A stretch of DNA of 64,000 bases from a virus (Duplodnaviria > Caudoviricetes), in IMG/VR virus record IMGVR_UViG_642918914_000001, positions 32,001-96,000 of that record. The stretch is one strand, 5' to 3'. The notes under the pieces were generated by a model that did no database searches, was not told the origin of the DNA, and was given only the letters and a program-made list of their open reading frames with translations. Below are positions 63,608 through 64,000 of this stretch, piece by piece. The position numbers and the translations under genes are program-made. How positions within the stretch are numbered: position 1 is the stretch's first letter; every line of letters begins with the position of its first letter.

Positions 63608-64000
63608 TTAGCGAACGGTGAGGTTCAGGGTAACCGGAGTGGTCAGCGTACTGGCCGCACCGAACTGCTGATACGAGATGTTGAAGGTGAAGGCATACGT
63701 TCCCGCAGCCGCATCCTTCAGCTTGAGGATACGCACCGTATCCCACATGACGGCACCGCCCGGCAACACCGACTGACCGCTGTTCTGCACCAGCACCGCC
63801 TTGAACTCGCCGCTGGAAGGATTGCTGACCACGGTCAACGCCAGCGCCACTGCCTGGTCGCCGAACAGCGCCGGGTTCTGGATCGATGCGGCCTGGAACA
63901 GCGCCATCCAGTTGAAGTCGAAGAACGCGCACTCGCCTTGCAACGTGCTGAGGTCCACCGCCGTGGCCCACGACAGGGCTTGCGGAGTGGTGGCCGGAGG
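63608..64000 (-). CDS. C-terminal part of a beta-rich hypothetical (possibly virion) protein; runs off the window
   Basis: Frame is open from 64000 (PPATTPQALSWATAV...) to the stop at 63608. Confidence 0.7.
   Translation of the reverse strand, partial: PPATTPQALSWATAVDLSTLQGECAFFDFNWMALFQAASIQNPALFGDQAVALALTVVSNPSSGEFKAVLVQNSGQSVLPGGAVMWDTVRILKLKDAAAGTYAFTFNISYQQFGAASTLTTPVTLNLTVR

Noticed and set aside
1-64000. tRNA or rRNA genes; alternative genetic code
   Set aside because: No cloverleaf with T-loop and D-loop consensus found in the short intergenic gaps; known genes are full length under the standard code.

Overview
64 kb segment of a large, probably jumbo, lytic myovirus genome. It is GC-rich and densely coding. 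Gene content suggests a phiRSL1/BcepSaruman-like phage of Betaproteobacteria, but that is inference and was not checked. Bases 1-24.5 kb (+) hold accessory and metabolic genes: NAD-dependent DNA ligase, RtcB, acyl carrier protein, a NADAR-like protein, a MoxR AAA+/VWA pair, a PC4-like protein, a TAXI solute-binding protein, an orphan HigA, NadM-Nudix plus NAMPT (NAD salvage) and a MazG-like NTP-PPase. Bases 24.5-56.2 kb (+) form a late/virion region: topoisomerase IB, Nudix hydrolase, homospermidine synthase, dCMP deaminase, neck proteins, a giant SNF2 helicase, prohead protease, scaffold, major capsid protein, tail sheath and tail tube. Bases 56.2-64 kb (-) are replication genes: DnaB helicase, SF2 helicase and sliding clamp. 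The strongest unexplained signal is a shared leader peptide, [hydrophobic]-x-A-A-V-x-R-L...[VLT]-x-A, on about 12 otherwise unrelated late-region proteins, including a Nudix hydrolase and an ADP-ribosyltransferase-like domain. It looks like a capsid-targeting and protease-cleavage tag for injected cargo. Also seen: two phage-specific promoter-like motifs (GTAAATAG; CAATTTGATGG), two structured leader RNAs with anti-RBS pairings, and several apparent frameshifts. All product calls come from motif recognition by eye, with no database searches.
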